Sequence record: CP000711
DNA: 40,207 bases
Reading direction: 5' to 3' (one strand)
Source: Enterobacteria phage CUS-3
Shown here: one piece after another, positions 20,853 through 30,727 of the stretch
Position numbering within the stretch: the stretch's first letter is position 1
Layout of the letters: each line of letters starts with the position of its first letter
Notes under the pieces: model-generated
Databases searched by the model: none
What the model saw: the letters and a program-made list of their open reading frames with translations, nothing else
What the model was told of the DNA's origin: nothing
Program-made: the position numbers and the translations under genes

Positions 20853-22268
20853 TCAACCTACACCACAAGGAATTGAGTAACTGGAATAGTCGGGTTGCGC
20901 AGCCGACTCCGGGCAATGCATACACATCATCAGCGCATCAGCCAGGTTAGGAGATGGGATACCGAGCTTCTGCTTCATTTCGACCTTAGTCATAAGCTCC
21001 AGTTTCCCGTTATTATTGAATTTGCGCTGAATCTGCGTCAGTTCTGCAAACAGTTTCTCCAGCATCTTCTCGCCTATCGCTTCTTTGTCGAAGCTCAGCA
21101 TGTCGTCGGGGTCTGCATACTCACCGTGGACAACCGCCCGATATGTCAGATACAGCCTGTCAGCCAGCGCGTAATAGAATTGCGCTCGCTTATTGCGGAA
21201 TACATCGCCAATAGTGCGAACGTTGTCACCCTGTACGACTTCATCAGCCCATGCTCCGGCCTGATACGGAGCATCTTCATCGAATGGCGATTCGCTGCCC
21301 TTGAACATCGTGGCGGTAATTTTCTTGCCGGAGAATGCTTCCGTTGTCTGTCTGCGTAGCCCTGCACCGACACCATCGCCATCCCACAGGTAATGGTCAG
21401 CGCCGTCTTCAATCGCCAGCGAAGTAGCCCAGTCAGCACCCTCGTTGATGTCCATCAGCAGACCTTCGGCAATGCGCTTAACTACCGAACCGTGACGCGA
21501 TGCATAACCTTTAGCATCTGGCCCTGTATCTGATGGGTCATGCGCAGAGACAACAGCGCCTTTCGCTTTCCATCCGAGTTTCTTGTGCGCATCGGTTGCG
21601 GCTTCAAGCCATTCACGTTTGATGATTGCCATATCACTTGCGCTTACTGGCTCACCAAGCCAGATGTGACGATACAGTGTCGGGTTTCTGCGTTTACACT
21701 CTTCCATCTCCAGACGGAGAACTTCAGGAAAGTGCGGGTTGTCGGTGTAGTTCACCGTCAGCAGACAAATATCATCGGGAGGGTTTACTACGAATCGCTG
21801 ATAGGTATCGTCGAGGATGTTTTTCGGGTTGAAGCTCACCCATATTTCGGAAAATGGCTTGCGGATGGTTGGTATCAGGATATCCCATGATTCCTTCGTT
21901 ACCGCTTCCGCTTCCTCCACCCAGCAGATATCAATGCCTTCGAGCGATTTAATCTTCGTCGGGTTGTTTTTGATGCCGTAGAACATGAACTCAGCATTCG
22001 TCCCGAGATGACGAATCATGGAACGCTGAATTTCAAACTCAGCCGTATACCCTTCACGCTCTATGGTGTCTTCAAGCAGCCGGATTACCGAATCGCTGAT
22101 ACTGTTTTGCAGTTCACGAGCGCAGAGAATACGCACTGGCTGCCGACGCGCCGCTTCAACAAGCAGTCTCGCAATTGCCCATGATTTACCGCTACCTCGA
22201 CCGCCTTTGGCGACTTTGTAGCGATGCGCCTCAATGAACGGTTCAAAGATAGGATTAATCGAGGTCAT
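20853..22268 (-). CDS. Terminase large subunit
   Basis: 471 aa; Walker A-like KGGRGSGKS near N-terminus; adjacent to small subunit and portal. Confidence 0.9.
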   Translation of the reverse strand: MTSINPIFEPFIEAHRYKVAKGGRGSGKSWAIARLLVEAARRQPVRILCARELQNSISDSVIRLLEDTIEREGYTAEFEIQRSMIRHLGTNAEFMFYGIKNNPTKIKSLEGIDICWVEEAEAVTKESWDILIPTIRKPFSEIWVSFNPKNILDDTYQRFVVNPPDDICLLTVNYTDNPHFPEVLRLEMEECKRRNPTLYRHIWLGEPVSASDMAIIKREWLEAATDAHKKLGWKAKGAVVSAHDPSDTGPDAKGYASRHGSVVKRIAEGLLMDINEGADWATSLAIEDGADHYLWDGDGVGAGLRRQTTEAFSGKKITATMFKGSESPFDEDAPYQAGAWADEVVQGDNVRTIGDVFRNKRAQFYYALADRLYLTYRAVVHGEYADPDDMLSFDKEAIGEKMLEKLFAELTQIQRKFNNNGKLELMTKVEMKQKLGIPSPNLADALMMCMHCPESAAQPDYSSYSIPCGVG

Positions 22269-22705
22269 TTTCCGAATAGAGTACTCATCGGTGATGTTTC
22301 AATCTGGATTGCGCCGCCGTCTTTGCCTGTTAGCTCGTGATCAACCTTGTCGCGCCATTTATCCTTCTGTCGGTTCTTAAGCCAGAAGATGGCAGCTGTT
22401 GTATCAGGCGGGTAATACTTCTCAAGAGGAGTTTCGACAATTCTGTTTTCAATAACACGAATATCGATGTCTGGAGCCACGAAGCCCATAGCGCGTTGAT
22501 AAAGACGGTCACTAACTTCTGCATCAGCGACGGCCTTACCCTTTTTTATGGACTCCGAAAACTCAGGATAATCAAGCTTCCACTTGTTAATAGTTGACTC
22601 ACTGACTTCGAAGAAATCAGCAAGCTCTGCATCGGTGTAGCCCAGCAAGCACAGTTTGCGTGCCTGTTCGGCATACGCCTCTTGATACTTTGTTGGGCGC
22701 GCCAT
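22265..22705 (-). CDS. Terminase small subunit, P22 gp3-like
   Basis: 146 aa; HTH-like N-terminus; 4-nt overlap with TerL start. Confidence 0.7.
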   Translation of the reverse strand: MARPTKYQEAYAEQARKLCLLGYTDAELADFFEVSESTINKWKLDYPEFSESIKKGKAVADAEVSDRLYQRAMGFVAPDIDIRVIENRIVETPLEKYYPPDTTAAIFWLKNRQKDKWRDKVDHELTGKDGGAIQIETSPMSTLFGK

Positions 22706-22707
22706 GT

Positions 22708-22950
22708 TTATGCTCCGGTGGTGAACAGGTCTAACGCTTCCTTCGATTTACGCACCGCTTCGATAGTGCGGGTCGTGATATCTGAATTAGCGCCGCCTGA
22801 CTGGAAGTGAATTTTGAATAGCTCAAGCTTCAGTTCGTCAGTGCCAATGAACTGAAATGCTTCCTCTGCGGCTGCGTTCTGGTTCATGACCAGCTTGTAA
22901 ATCTCTAACTGGAATTTCTGTTCTTCAGTCATGGGAATAATCTCTGCCAT
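22708..22950 (-). CDS. Hypothetical protein upstream of terminase small subunit
   Basis: 80-aa ORF tightly packed before terS. Confidence 0.5.
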   Translation of the reverse strand: MAEIIPMTEEQKFQLEIYKLVMNQNAAAEEAFQFIGTDELKLELFKIHFQSGGANSDITTRTIEAVRKSKEALDLFTTGA

Positions 22951-23177
22951 TGTTGGCTCCGTTTATCCGTTAAAAGGGATATCAGTTAAGTTATCCCGTG
23001 TAGGGTATAAGCCATTGTCGAGACCACTCATTGAATGGTCTCTGCAATAACCGATGTCTTTCCATCAGTCCGCCACCACAAAGAATCTTTTTTGCCATAA
23101 GGCAGGAGGTTCATCTTTCAGTGGCTGCCAGTGTTATTTCCCCACTTTCTGGCTTGGGTTGTTTCGCTGTACTGCCG

Positions 23178-23720
23178 TTAATTGGTGAGTCCGGGGATTA
23201 CGGTTTGCCCGTGCTGTTCAAGGCGTTCAATTCTCGCCAGTAGCTGAGGCTTCTTAATTTTTCCCCAGCGATTAAGCAGGCGGCCTGACATGCTGGCAAC
23301 ATCCTTCTCTTTCATGTACTCCAGCATTACGGCATTTCTCTCTTCTTCAAATTGACGATGACCAACCTGAAGCATGGCGTACATCCAGTTGAATGCGTTG
23401 ATGTAAGCAATTTTGATACGCATTGCTTCTTTTTTGGTGTAGGACATAACCAAAAGCATCAACCCATCCTTGCGGAGACGGTAGAATTTTTGCGGCTTAC
23501 CATTCTGTAACTCATTGTTTTTATAGCAAAGCTCAAAGTTGAGCTTTGTATCAAACTCAGGAGGGCAAGCTTCTATGGTTCGTTCAATGTCACGAACCAC
23601 GTTCTTCGGCAGCTTTCCAAATGCTTTTGCCACCATAAAAGAATCTGTAACCGGATCGTTGTTTGCTACAAAAATTAGGTCTCTGAAATCTATATCGTTA
23701 ACAACGGTTGGGTAGTTCAT
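23178..23720 (-). CDS. rha: Rha-family phage regulatory protein
   Basis: Motif VAKAFGKLPKNVVRDIERTI typical of Rha domain; likely start at internal Met 24 (track frame begins 23789); position between lysis and terminase genes as in P22. Confidence 0.6.
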   Translation of the reverse strand: MNYPTVVNDIDFRDLIFVANNDPVTDSFMVAKAFGKLPKNVVRDIERTIEACPPEFDTKLNFELCYKNNELQNGKPQKFYRLRKDGLMLLVMSYTKKEAMRIKIAYINAFNWMYAMLQVGHRQFEEERNAVMLEYMKEKDVASMSGRLLNRWGKIKKPQLLARIERLEQHGQTVIPGLTN

Positions 23721-23867
23721 TGCGTCTTTACCTTTTAGAAAGATGAGCCTGTTCGCACAGAAAAGCCGCCCCGAGATGGTCGCCACCATATACGGCAGTT
23801 CTCAGGCTCAGCTTTCTGAAAGACTCGGGATTGTTACGCGCTGCGATGCGCGGTTTACTGCAGATAT

Positions 23868-23891
23868 AAAAAAGCCCCGCGAATGCGAGGC
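23868..23891 (-). terminator. Candidate rho-independent terminator after lysis cassette
   Basis: Imperfect hairpin (CCUCGC/GCGGGG with one G-U pair) followed by T-run on minus strand. Confidence 0.4.
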
Positions 23892-24065
23892 TAAATCCTG
23901 GTATTTGTAATGACTGGCTCTTATCTCAACGCAGCCCCTTACCGCGCGCCAGATGCTCAATATCAAGCATCAGCAATGAGATGTTTAATCTGGATTCACT
24001 CCAGAAGTGATCACCACCCTGTCTACAGAGCCAGATGTGAAGGATGATGAGTAAAATTATCGCTA

Positions 24066-24503
24066 TCATCGAAGGCATTGCGTCCTGATGTACTCCTGCA
24101 GGTAGTTAACCTGCGCGGTTATCCTGTCGATTCCACTTCGGAGACGGTAATAATTGAGTTCAGCATCTGCTGTAAGTCTTGGGTTTTCTCCATCGCCCAT
24201 GCTGCTGGCTCCGGTCGTTGACTTTGCACAGGTGGCGGCGACTTGCAGGCGCTTACGCCCAGCAGAAACATCAGCACGGAGACTTTCGATAGTCGCGTTA
24301 GCATCAGCAAGCTCCTTTGTGTATCTTGCGTCGAGTTCTGCTACATCACGTTGACGCTTCCGCATATCAGCGATGATGGATGTGGCTTTATCGCGCTGCT
24401 CTTTGTAGGCGATTGCATTATCACGGTAATGATTAACAGCCCATGACAGGCAGACGATGATGCAAATAATCAGAGCGGAGATAATCGCGGTGACTCTGCT
24501 CAT
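24066..24503 (-). CDS. Rz: Spanin inner-membrane subunit Rz
   Basis: [39 protein letters not shown] closely matches lambda Rz. Confidence 0.85.
   Translation of the reverse strand: MSRVTAIISALIICIIVCLSWAVNHYRDNAIAYKEQRDKATSIIADMRKRQRDVAELDARYTKELADANATIESLRADVSAGRKRLQVAATCAKSTTGASSMGDGENPRLTADAELNYYRLRSGIDRITAQVNYLQEYIRTQCLR
24119..24310 (-). CDS. Rz1: Spanin outer-membrane lipoprotein subunit Rz1 (embedded in Rz, +1 frame)
   Basis: Lipobox LLGVSAC followed by Pro-rich segment; nested in Rz as in lambda. Confidence 0.65.
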   Translation of the reverse strand: MLMLTRLSKVSVLMFLLGVSACKSPPPVQSQRPEPAAWAMEKTQDLQQMLNSIITVSEVESTG

Positions 24504-24976
24504 ACCTCAATCTCTCTGACCGTTCCGCCAGCCTCTTTGAATTTTGCAATCAGGTTGTCAGCCTTATGCTCGAACTGACCATAACCAGCGCCCGGCAGTG
24601 AAGCCCAGATATTGCTGCAACGGTCGATTGCCTGACGAATATCACCGCGGTCAATCATCGGTAAAGCGCCACGCTCTTTAATCTGCTGCAATGCCACAGC
24701 GTCCTGACTTTTCGGAGAGAAGTCTTTCAGACCAAGCTGCTTACGGTAGGCATCCCACCAACGGGAAAGAAGCTGGTAGCGTCCGGCGGCTGTTGATTTG
24801 AGTTTTGGGTTTAGCGTGACAAGCTTGCGAGGGTGATCGGAGTAATCAGTAAATAGCTCTCCGCCTACAATGACGTCATAACCATGATTTCTGGTTTTCT
24901 GCCGTCCGTTATCAGTTCCCTCTGACCACGCCAGCATATCGAGGAACGCCTTACGTTGATTATTGATTTCCACCAT
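24500..24976 (-). CDS. R: Endolysin, lambda R-type lytic transglycosylase
   Basis: 158 aa nearly identical to my recollection of lambda R ([39 protein letters not shown]...). Confidence 0.9.
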   Translation of the reverse strand: MVEINNQRKAFLDMLAWSEGTDNGRQKTRNHGYDVIVGGELFTDYSDHPRKLVTLNPKLKSTAAGRYQLLSRWWDAYRKQLGLKDFSPKSQDAVALQQIKERGALPMIDRGDIRQAIDRCSNIWASLPGAGYGQFEHKADNLIAKFKEAGGTVREIEV

Positions 24977-25283
24977 CTTCTACTCCGGCTTTTTTAGCAG
25001 CGAAGCGTTTGATAAGCGAACCAATCGAGTCAGTACCGATGTAGCCGATGAACACGCTCGTTATATAAGCGAGATTGCTACTTAGTCCGGCGAAGTCGAG
25101 AAGGTCACGAATGAACCAGGCGATAATGGCGCACATCGTTGCGTCGATTACTGTTTTTGTAAACGCACCGCCATTATATCTGCCGCGAAGGTACGCCATT
25201 GCAAACGCAAGGATTGCCCCGATGCCTTGTTCCTTTGCCGCGAGAATGGCGGCTAACAGGTCATGTTTTTCTGGCATCTTCAT
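24960..25283 (-). CDS. S: Holin (lambda S family)
   Basis: 107 aa with dual-start-like MKMPEKH, three hydrophobic segments, charged C-terminus; immediately upstream of endolysin. Confidence 0.8.
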   Translation of the reverse strand: MKMPEKHDLLAAILAAKEQGIGAILAFAMAYLRGRYNGGAFTKTVIDATMCAIIAWFIRDLLDFAGLSSNLAYITSVFIGYIGTDSIGSLIKRFAAKKAGVEDGGNQ

Positions 25284-25879
25284 GTCTTACCCCCAATAAG
25301 GGGATTTGCTCTATTTAATTAGGAATAAGGTCGATTACTGATAGAACAAATCCAGGCTACTGTGTTTAGTAATCAGATTTGTTCGTGACCGATATGCACG
25401 GGCAAAACGGCATGAGGTTGTTAGCGCAACCTCATGCCACCCGCTTTCACGAAGGTCATGTGTAGAAGGCCGCAGCATAACTATCACTGATGAATTCAGG
25501 ATAGCCAGTGGCTACGGCTCAGGTTGGGTTGTGGCGGTCGGTGCTGAACTCCGACTTAATGACGATAGGCGTGTACCGACGCCTCGTTTTACTTCCTCCG
25601 CTTTCACGGCTTCACCCTAGACCAGCTTTACGAAATCCTCGTAAACCTAACCGCGGCAGATATGACCGGCACGGTGTGCCATATCACGGACCGGCGGGTG
25701 TCTCGTTCACCTGATTAACGCATCAGCCTGCGTATTCACCACAACGATAAGAGTACTGCGCGGCACCTTTCACCAATTCCGCGAGGTCTGCGGGTTCAAT
25801 GCTCTTACCTGTTGTGCAAACAAAAAAGCCACCGTTGCAACTTAAGAGTCACTAACGGCAGCTTACCTTCTAATTATGG
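25284..25879 (-). promoter_or_regulatory. Late-operon control region (expected PR'-like promoter, qut site, terminator) between Q and holin
   Basis: About 600 bp without convincing ORFs between antiterminator Q and the first late gene; contains a 9-bp-stem hairpin followed by T6 at about 25822..25862 on the minus strand. Confidence 0.35.
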
Positions 25880-26398
25880 CTAAATGGATAATTGCATGTC
25901 AAGGTTTTTAACAGCAACATGCTTAACTTTCTCAACACGTTTACGCATTTTGAAAGCATTTTGCATTGGCTGGTATAAAACAAATAATGACGCTTTCAGG
26001 ATGTCGTCAATTTCGTTTCTACAGGTTGCCAGTGAAGGTTTTCTCCATCCCTCGCCACCACGTCCACACATCTTGCGTGGCTTTGCAGTCGCGTGATAGT
26101 AGGATGCAATTGCTCGCTTAGATGAACCATGAGCGTAGTAGCTGAGGAGGATGCCAAAGGCTTTCTTGTCAATGTACATGACGGAATCAACGACCTGAGA
26201 AATCAACATTCCATCATCATCATTACACATTGGCCTTGTCATAATTCTTCCCGGCTCTACGCTCTCCATGAACTTCGCTATTACGCTGCTCATGCGCTTT
26301 TCCAGACGACCTGAATAAACCCATGCGCCCCACAGTTCAAGCCAGCCATTCAGCCACTCGTGCTGCTCTTTGGTGAGGTTTAGTTCTCTTATGCTCAT
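25880..26398 (-). CDS. Q: Late gene antiterminator Q-like protein
   Basis: 172 aa, Cys-containing; positioned between nin region and lysis cassette. Confidence 0.6.
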   Translation of the reverse strand: MSIRELNLTKEQHEWLNGWLELWGAWVYSGRLEKRMSSVIAKFMESVEPGRIMTRPMCNDDDGMLISQVVDSVMYIDKKAFGILLSYYAHGSSKRAIASYYHATAKPRKMCGRGGEGWRKPSLATCRNEIDDILKASLFVLYQPMQNAFKMRKRVEKVKHVAVKNLDMQLSI

Positions 26399-26583
26399 CG
26401 TCTTCCCCTCTTGCCTTGTTTGACCATCAGGACGCCGTTAACTATTACGTGACGCTCGCCTTTGCTGTCTCGGTTGTACTTGAGCACTGTTCCTCTTGCG
26501 CAGGAAAGCATCCTCGCCACTTCGGTCTGATTGCCTCGTGTCTGGATAAGAAGCTCTGGTATCGTTTGAATTGTGGCGTTCAT
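26395..26583 (-). CDS. ninH: NinH-like HTH protein
   Basis: TIPELLIQTRGNQTEVARMLSCARGTVLKY resembles lambda NinH. Confidence 0.7.
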   Translation of the reverse strand: MNATIQTIPELLIQTRGNQTEVARMLSCARGTVLKYNRDSKGERHVIVNGVLMVKQGKRGRR

Positions 26584-26942
26584 GCGTTCTCCAGTTCGGT
26601 GATTTTTATTCCAAGCCGTCCGCCTGGTACTTTCACACCACGAATTACGCGAATGTCATCGAATTGCTCGTCGTCTTCCGCAAATCCGGCGTGGATAAGG
26701 GAGTCGAGTAAACCTTTCAGGATGTTGTCGAGGTCGCGGCGGCGGGAGTCTGGAACGTCTGCGATGACTTTGATACGGAGTCGTGATTTGGTGAAAATGT
26801 CTAACTTGAGTTGGCGGATGATTTGCTGAACGTCTTTTCGGTATTTCTGGCCTTTATCGCTTATGTAATATTGGCTTCCCCGTCTTCGCCAGTAGGTATT
26901 CACCGACGGCGGGTATGGAAGCACAAACTGATATTCGTTCAT
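26580..26942 (-). CDS. rusA: Holliday junction resolvase RusA
   Basis: 120 aa; PPSVNTYW ... DVPDSRRRDLDNILKGLLDSLIHAGF ... GGRLGIKITE matches RusA family. Confidence 0.8.
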   Translation of the reverse strand: MNEYQFVLPYPPSVNTYWRRRGSQYYISDKGQKYRKDVQQIIRQLKLDIFTKSRLRIKVIADVPDSRRRDLDNILKGLLDSLIHAGFAEDDEQFDDIRVIRGVKVPGGRLGIKITELENA

Positions 26943-27229
26943 GACTTAATCTTCCCCTCCCTCAGCAGTATCGCCTGCGTTCTGATCACGCCTTCGAGGT
27001 GGTAAAGTCTGGCGTCTTTGTTGTCGAGATTATGGGTGCGTCGGTCGATTTCATCGTGACACGCACTACAAGCCCATGCACCGATCAGGTCGTCAGGCTT
27101 CATTCCCGTTCCGCAAATTCCAGCCATCCGGTAATGTGCCAGAACTGTAGTTTCAGGGTTGCCATTGCATACGCCGTAAATACGTACCTGACATTCTCTT
27201 CCGCGCGCTTCTTTGCGTAGGTTAGCCAT
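26939..27229 (-). CDS. Nin-region protein (DUF1364/YbcO-like, Cys-rich)
   Basis: 96 aa with CxVRIYGVCNGNPETTVLAHY ... CSACHDEID motif pattern seen in lambdoid nin regions. Confidence 0.55.
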   Translation of the reverse strand: MANLRKEARGRECQVRIYGVCNGNPETTVLAHYRMAGICGTGMKPDDLIGAWACSACHDEIDRRTHNLDNKDARLYHLEGVIRTQAILLREGKIKS

Positions 27230-27951
27230 TAAGCAGCCTCCCCTGTTACTTTCAGCATTCCGTTATCGAGCAGCTTTCTGGTCAGCCACTGTTGACCACG
27301 CCCGGTGATTTTTGTGGTGAACGATATCTGTATTCCGTGATTTGTGTTGACCGCTGTTTCTTTCACTGTGAAATAGCCGCGATCCATATATTCCTGCATT
27401 GGCACATTGCGCCGGGAACCTGAAGCAATAAGGATTTTGTGATCACGCATCCACGCAAACAGTTTGTTTTGACCAATACCAACAACCTTTGCAAAGTTTC
27501 CAATCAAAATTCCGCTGGCCTCGCCAACGCGATCGGCAAACTCAACTTTAGGTGCGACAATTGCGAGCTGGTTTTCCAGTTGCATTTTCTGCTCAGCAAG
27601 ATCGGCAGCAAGGCGCAACGCTTCCGGTAGCGTTTTGGGGATATTAACCGCAGCTTCTTCAAGCTCTCGCCAGCGGTCAACAAGGCGAGCGGTGAACTCT
27701 GGCGACAACTGGGCAACAACGACAATACTGTCTCGCTTACCTTGTTCGCCCTCGAAGACGTAATGCTCGTACTGAACATTGAACCCTAAGTTATTGATTC
27801 TTTCGGAAACCTCAATTTGAGGAAGCCGGATAACACCATTTTTAGCCAGCGTTTCGATGGTACGTTTCACATTGTCATGACGCTTACCAACCAACTCAGC
27901 AATTTCAATGCTTGTCATTTTGATGGCATTGCCATTCATTAACTCATTCAT
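27229..27951 (-). CDS. Rha-domain regulatory protein with C-terminal antirepressor-like domain
   Basis: N-terminal SIEIAELVGKRHDNVKRTIETL (Rha signature); 240 aa. Confidence 0.65.
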   Translation of the reverse strand: MNELMNGNAIKMTSIEIAELVGKRHDNVKRTIETLAKNGVIRLPQIEVSERINNLGFNVQYEHYVFEGEQGKRDSIVVVAQLSPEFTARLVDRWRELEEAAVNIPKTLPEALRLAADLAEQKMQLENQLAIVAPKVEFADRVGEASGILIGNFAKVVGIGQNKLFAWMRDHKILIASGSRRNVPMQEYMDRGYFTVKETAVNTNHGIQISFTTKITGRGQQWLTRKLLDNGMLKVTGEAA

Positions 27952-28120
27952 CGTCTTCTTCCTCGTACATTGAGCTATTCGGATCGCTCATCAGTTCTGC
28001 GCAGCAGTGCTCACACATGTGAACTTCCAGCACATGCAGCTTCTGACCGCAGTTAGCGCACGTTAAAGCTCGCTCGACGCTTTCTTTCTGGCATTGAAGG
28101 GATTGGGATGGGCTAAGCAT
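27944..28120 (-). CDS. Small zinc-ribbon-like protein (about 58 aa), below ORF-track size cutoff
   Basis: Hand translation [58 protein letters not shown]; stop overlaps downstream ATG (ATGAATGA). Confidence 0.4.
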   Translation of the reverse strand: MLSPSQSLQCQKESVERALTCANCGQKLHVLEVHMCEHCCAELMSDPNSSMYEEEDDE

Positions 28121-28466
28121 TATTGGCGTCCTGCATCATGAGAAAGACAATCATGGCGGCGCGGAGTTGGTTTTCATCTTGAGTCATATGATATGGGGTG
28201 CTATCACTGCCAACTTTTCTATGCGCTGCCTTCCATAATCCATTTTCTGGCGCTGGAATAATGCCAATTCTGTTCTCTACGATAATCGGCTCTGCGTCTT
28301 CAGGATTATTGCAGTAGTCGTACCATCGATAATTACCATTTGATTCATTGCCGACAGACCGTCCATCTGCGTTGTGCGGATAACCTAATGGTATTGCCCC
28401 CACTATCGCTTTAAATACTCGCTTGTTAATTTCAAAATCACTTAACTGTGAATAATCCATTGTCAT
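28113..28466 (-). CDS. Nin-region hypothetical protein
   Basis: Start at internal Met (ATGA overlap with ninE stop); ORF track frame extends to 28502. Confidence 0.5.
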   Translation of the reverse strand: MTMDYSQLSDFEINKRVFKAIVGAIPLGYPHNADGRSVGNESNGNYRWYDYCNNPEDAEPIIVENRIGIIPAPENGLWKAAHRKVGSDSTPYHMTQDENQLRAAMIVFLMMQDANNA

Positions 28467-28639
28467 TTCCTCGCGCGATGTCTTAGCCACCGGATATCCC
28501 ACAGGTGAGCCGTGTAGTTGAAGGTTTTTACGTCAGATTCTTTTGGGATTGGCTTGCGTTTATTTCTGGAGCGTTTCGTTGGAAGGTATTTGCAGTTTTC
28601 GCAGATGATGTCGGTGATACTTCGTCGCTGTCGTCTCAT
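28463..28639 (-). CDS. ninE: NinE-like protein
   Basis: [58 protein letters not shown] resembles lambda NinE; ATGA overlap with ninB stop. Confidence 0.6.
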   Translation of the reverse strand: MRRQRRSITDIICENCKYLPTKRSRNKRKPIPKESDVKTFNYTAHLWDIRWLRHRARK

Positions 28640-29076
28640 GCCGCCCTGTCTCCCCATCGCGCTTTCCATTCGAGAGCCAGTCGCGCTTCGTCTGACCACT
28701 TAACGCCACGCTCTGTACCGAATGCCTGTATAAGCTCTAATAGCTCCGCAAATTCGTTTACACGCATCCTGCTGGTTGACTGGCCTATTACCACAAAGCC
28801 ATTCCCGGCAAGGTTAGGAACAACATCCTGCTGCTTTAATGCTGCGGTAAACACACACTTCCAGCTTTCTGCATCCAGCCAGCGACCATGCCATTCAACC
28901 TGACGAGAGACGTCACCAAGGCAAGCCCAAAGCTTTCGATTCTGGTCTAAGCTGCGGTTGCGTTCCTGAATGGTTACTACGATTGGTTTGGTTGGGTCTG
29001 GAAGGATTTGCTGTACTGCGTGAATAGCGTTTTGCTGATGTGCTGGAGATCGAATTTCAAAGGTTAGTTTTTTCAT
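28636..29076 (-). CDS. ninB: NinB (Orf) recombination mediator
   Basis: 146 aa essentially matching lambda NinB as I recall it ([56 protein letters not shown]...). Confidence 0.85.
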   Translation of the reverse strand: MKKLTFEIRSPAHQQNAIHAVQQILPDPTKPIVVTIQERNRSLDQNRKLWACLGDVSRQVEWHGRWLDAESWKCVFTAALKQQDVVPNLAGNGFVVIGQSTSRMRVNEFAELLELIQAFGTERGVKWSDEARLALEWKARWGDRAA

Positions 29077-29281
29077 GACTTCCCTCTCTAACAGATTTCA
29101 GGTTATTCCACTCCGTTACCGCACTGCGATAATTCGCGGCCACCACAGCAGCGTGGTTAGCGCAGTAGATTTGGCACCCGTTCTCCATGTCGAATATTGT
29201 CGGTGATTTTCCGCATTTACATTTTTTGGCACGCGGTGCGTCTGAACACATTCCGTTAACGGTGTCCATCAGGATCACCAT
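29057..29281 (-). CDS. Small Cys-rich hypothetical protein
   Basis: 74-aa ORF (KKCKCG ... CQIYCANH) between helicase terminator and ninB. Confidence 0.4.
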   Translation of the reverse strand: MVILMDTVNGMCSDAPRAKKCKCGKSPTIFDMENGCQIYCANHAAVVAANYRSAVTEWNNLKSVREGSHEKTNL

Positions 29282-29296
29282 CGTTCTTAATCCAAT

Positions 29297-29324
29297 AAAA
29301 AAGGGCTACTGTGTAAATAGCCCC
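29297..29324 (-). terminator. tR2-like rho-independent terminator between helicase gene and nin region
   Basis: GGGCUA-loop-UAGCCC hairpin followed by U6 on minus strand, directly downstream of helicase stop. Confidence 0.5.
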
Positions 29325-29350
29325 TGTTATTAGCTCAGTGACGTAGATGG

Positions 29351-30727
29351 TCATACGTCCGCCCCTTGTGCATATCGTCTGCCACGCGCAGCAGGCGCAT
29401 TTGATGCTGTGCAAATCTGTCTGGCTTCATCCTGGTCACATGCAACAAAGTGTCCGTTGCAGAACCGCTGGTAAACCGTACCAAGTGAGCCAAAACGGTT
29501 TTTCGTCACAATGATTTCAGCAAATGGCGCGGCGCTACTGTTCTCGTCATATACCGCTTCCCGATAGAGCATGATGATTGAGTCTGCGTCCTGTTCAATG
29601 CTTCCTGAATCACGCAAATCTGCGTTTGTCGGGCGTTTGTTTGGTCGCTTCTCAACATCGCGTGAAAGCTGACTTAGGGAGATAACAGGCGTTTTCAGGT
29701 CTTTCGCCATCGCCTTAAGGCTTCCTGAGATGTGGGCAATTGCGAGGTCGTTGCGATCTGCTTTCGGCTTCTCAATCAGGCCAAGATAATCCGCCATGAT
29801 GAGTGACAGGTTTGGATTTTCCTGTTTGTGTCGTTCTGCGATTGAGCGTATTTCTTCGACCGATAACCGCGAGGCATCGACTACCCATACATCCAAATCT
29901 GCAAGCTGACTCATGCCGTTAGCAACACGCGCCCAGCCTTCGTCATCCATCGATGCAGGATTTCGCAGTACGCTAACCGACATCCTCCCGGCGTTGGCAA
30001 TGCTTCGCTCTGCAATCTGCAATGCGCTCATTTCCATTGAGAAAATCAATACCCCGCGCCGGACGTCAGAACCAGGAATAACGCGGCTTGCAACGCCTTC
30101 GGCAATCTTCAGCGCCAGCTCGGTTTTCCCCATACCAGGACGAGCAGCGATTATCACCAGGTCTTCTGCGTTCATCCCTCCGGTGATGGCATCAAGTTCT
30201 TCGATTCCGGTCTTCAGGGTATCGGACTCTTCTCCGTTCCTCAGACGCCTGTCAAGCGTGTCAGTGTAGTCAGTAATGATTTCCCCTAACCGTACAGGTT
30301 TAACCTCGTCACGGGGCTTTCTGATGGCTGAAAGACGCTTTACAAGCTCATCCATCGCCTGACTCGATGCGTCGATGGTTCCGCTCTGAATTGGTTCACG
30401 CATTTCATCCATGATTTCCAGCACCAGACGGCGGTGATAGTTATCCGCGACCATTCCGGCATATCCCTTCAGGTTTGCGGCACTCGGGCAGTTTTTGCTG
30501 GTCATCAGGATTGCGGTGAAATGCTCCTCTCCGCACGCCTCGGCAACCATCAGCGCGTCGATTAGGTTTCTGTTTCTCGCCTGCTTGCGAATAACCTCGA
30601 AGGCTTTCCGGTAGAGCGGAATTGAAAACGCTTCCGGCTCCAGCGTTGCAAGAACGTCACTGGCGGTTGGAGTTAATCCACCAATCAGCAGGCCACCGAT
30701 AACGCTCGCTTCGATATCCTGTCTCAT
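29351..30727 (-). CDS. Replicative DNA helicase (DnaB family; P22 gp12-like)
   Basis: 458 aa; Walker A GMGKT, DnaB-like N-terminal domain; follows O-like gene. Confidence 0.9.
   Translation of the reverse strand: MRQDIEASVIGGLLIGGLTPTASDVLATLEPEAFSIPLYRKAFEVIRKQARNRNLIDALMVAEACGEEHFTAILMTSKNCPSAANLKGYAGMVADNYHRRLVLEIMDEMREPIQSGTIDASSQAMDELVKRLSAIRKPRDEVKPVRLGEIITDYTDTLDRRLRNGEESDTLKTGIEELDAITGGMNAEDLVIIAARPGMGKTELALKIAEGVASRVIPGSDVRRGVLIFSMEMSALQIAERSIANAGRMSVSVLRNPASMDDEGWARVANGMSQLADLDVWVVDASRLSVEEIRSIAERHKQENPNLSLIMADYLGLIEKPKADRNDLAIAHISGSLKAMAKDLKTPVISLSQLSRDVEKRPNKRPTNADLRDSGSIEQDADSIIMLYREAVYDENSSAAPFAEIIVTKNRFGSLGTVYQRFCNGHFVACDQDEARQICTASNAPAARGRRYAQGADV

Noticed and set aside
23031..23243. 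70-aa + strand ORF with TTG start
   Set aside because: Lies in the intergenic region and overlaps the 3' end of the Rha gene on the opposite strand; no RBS
25300..25880. Looked for tRNA genes in the Q-holin intergenic region, as occur in some lambdoid phages
   Set aside because: No T-arm-like GTTCGA(A/T)TC motifs or cloverleaf-compatible segments found by eye; would need tRNAscan to exclude fully
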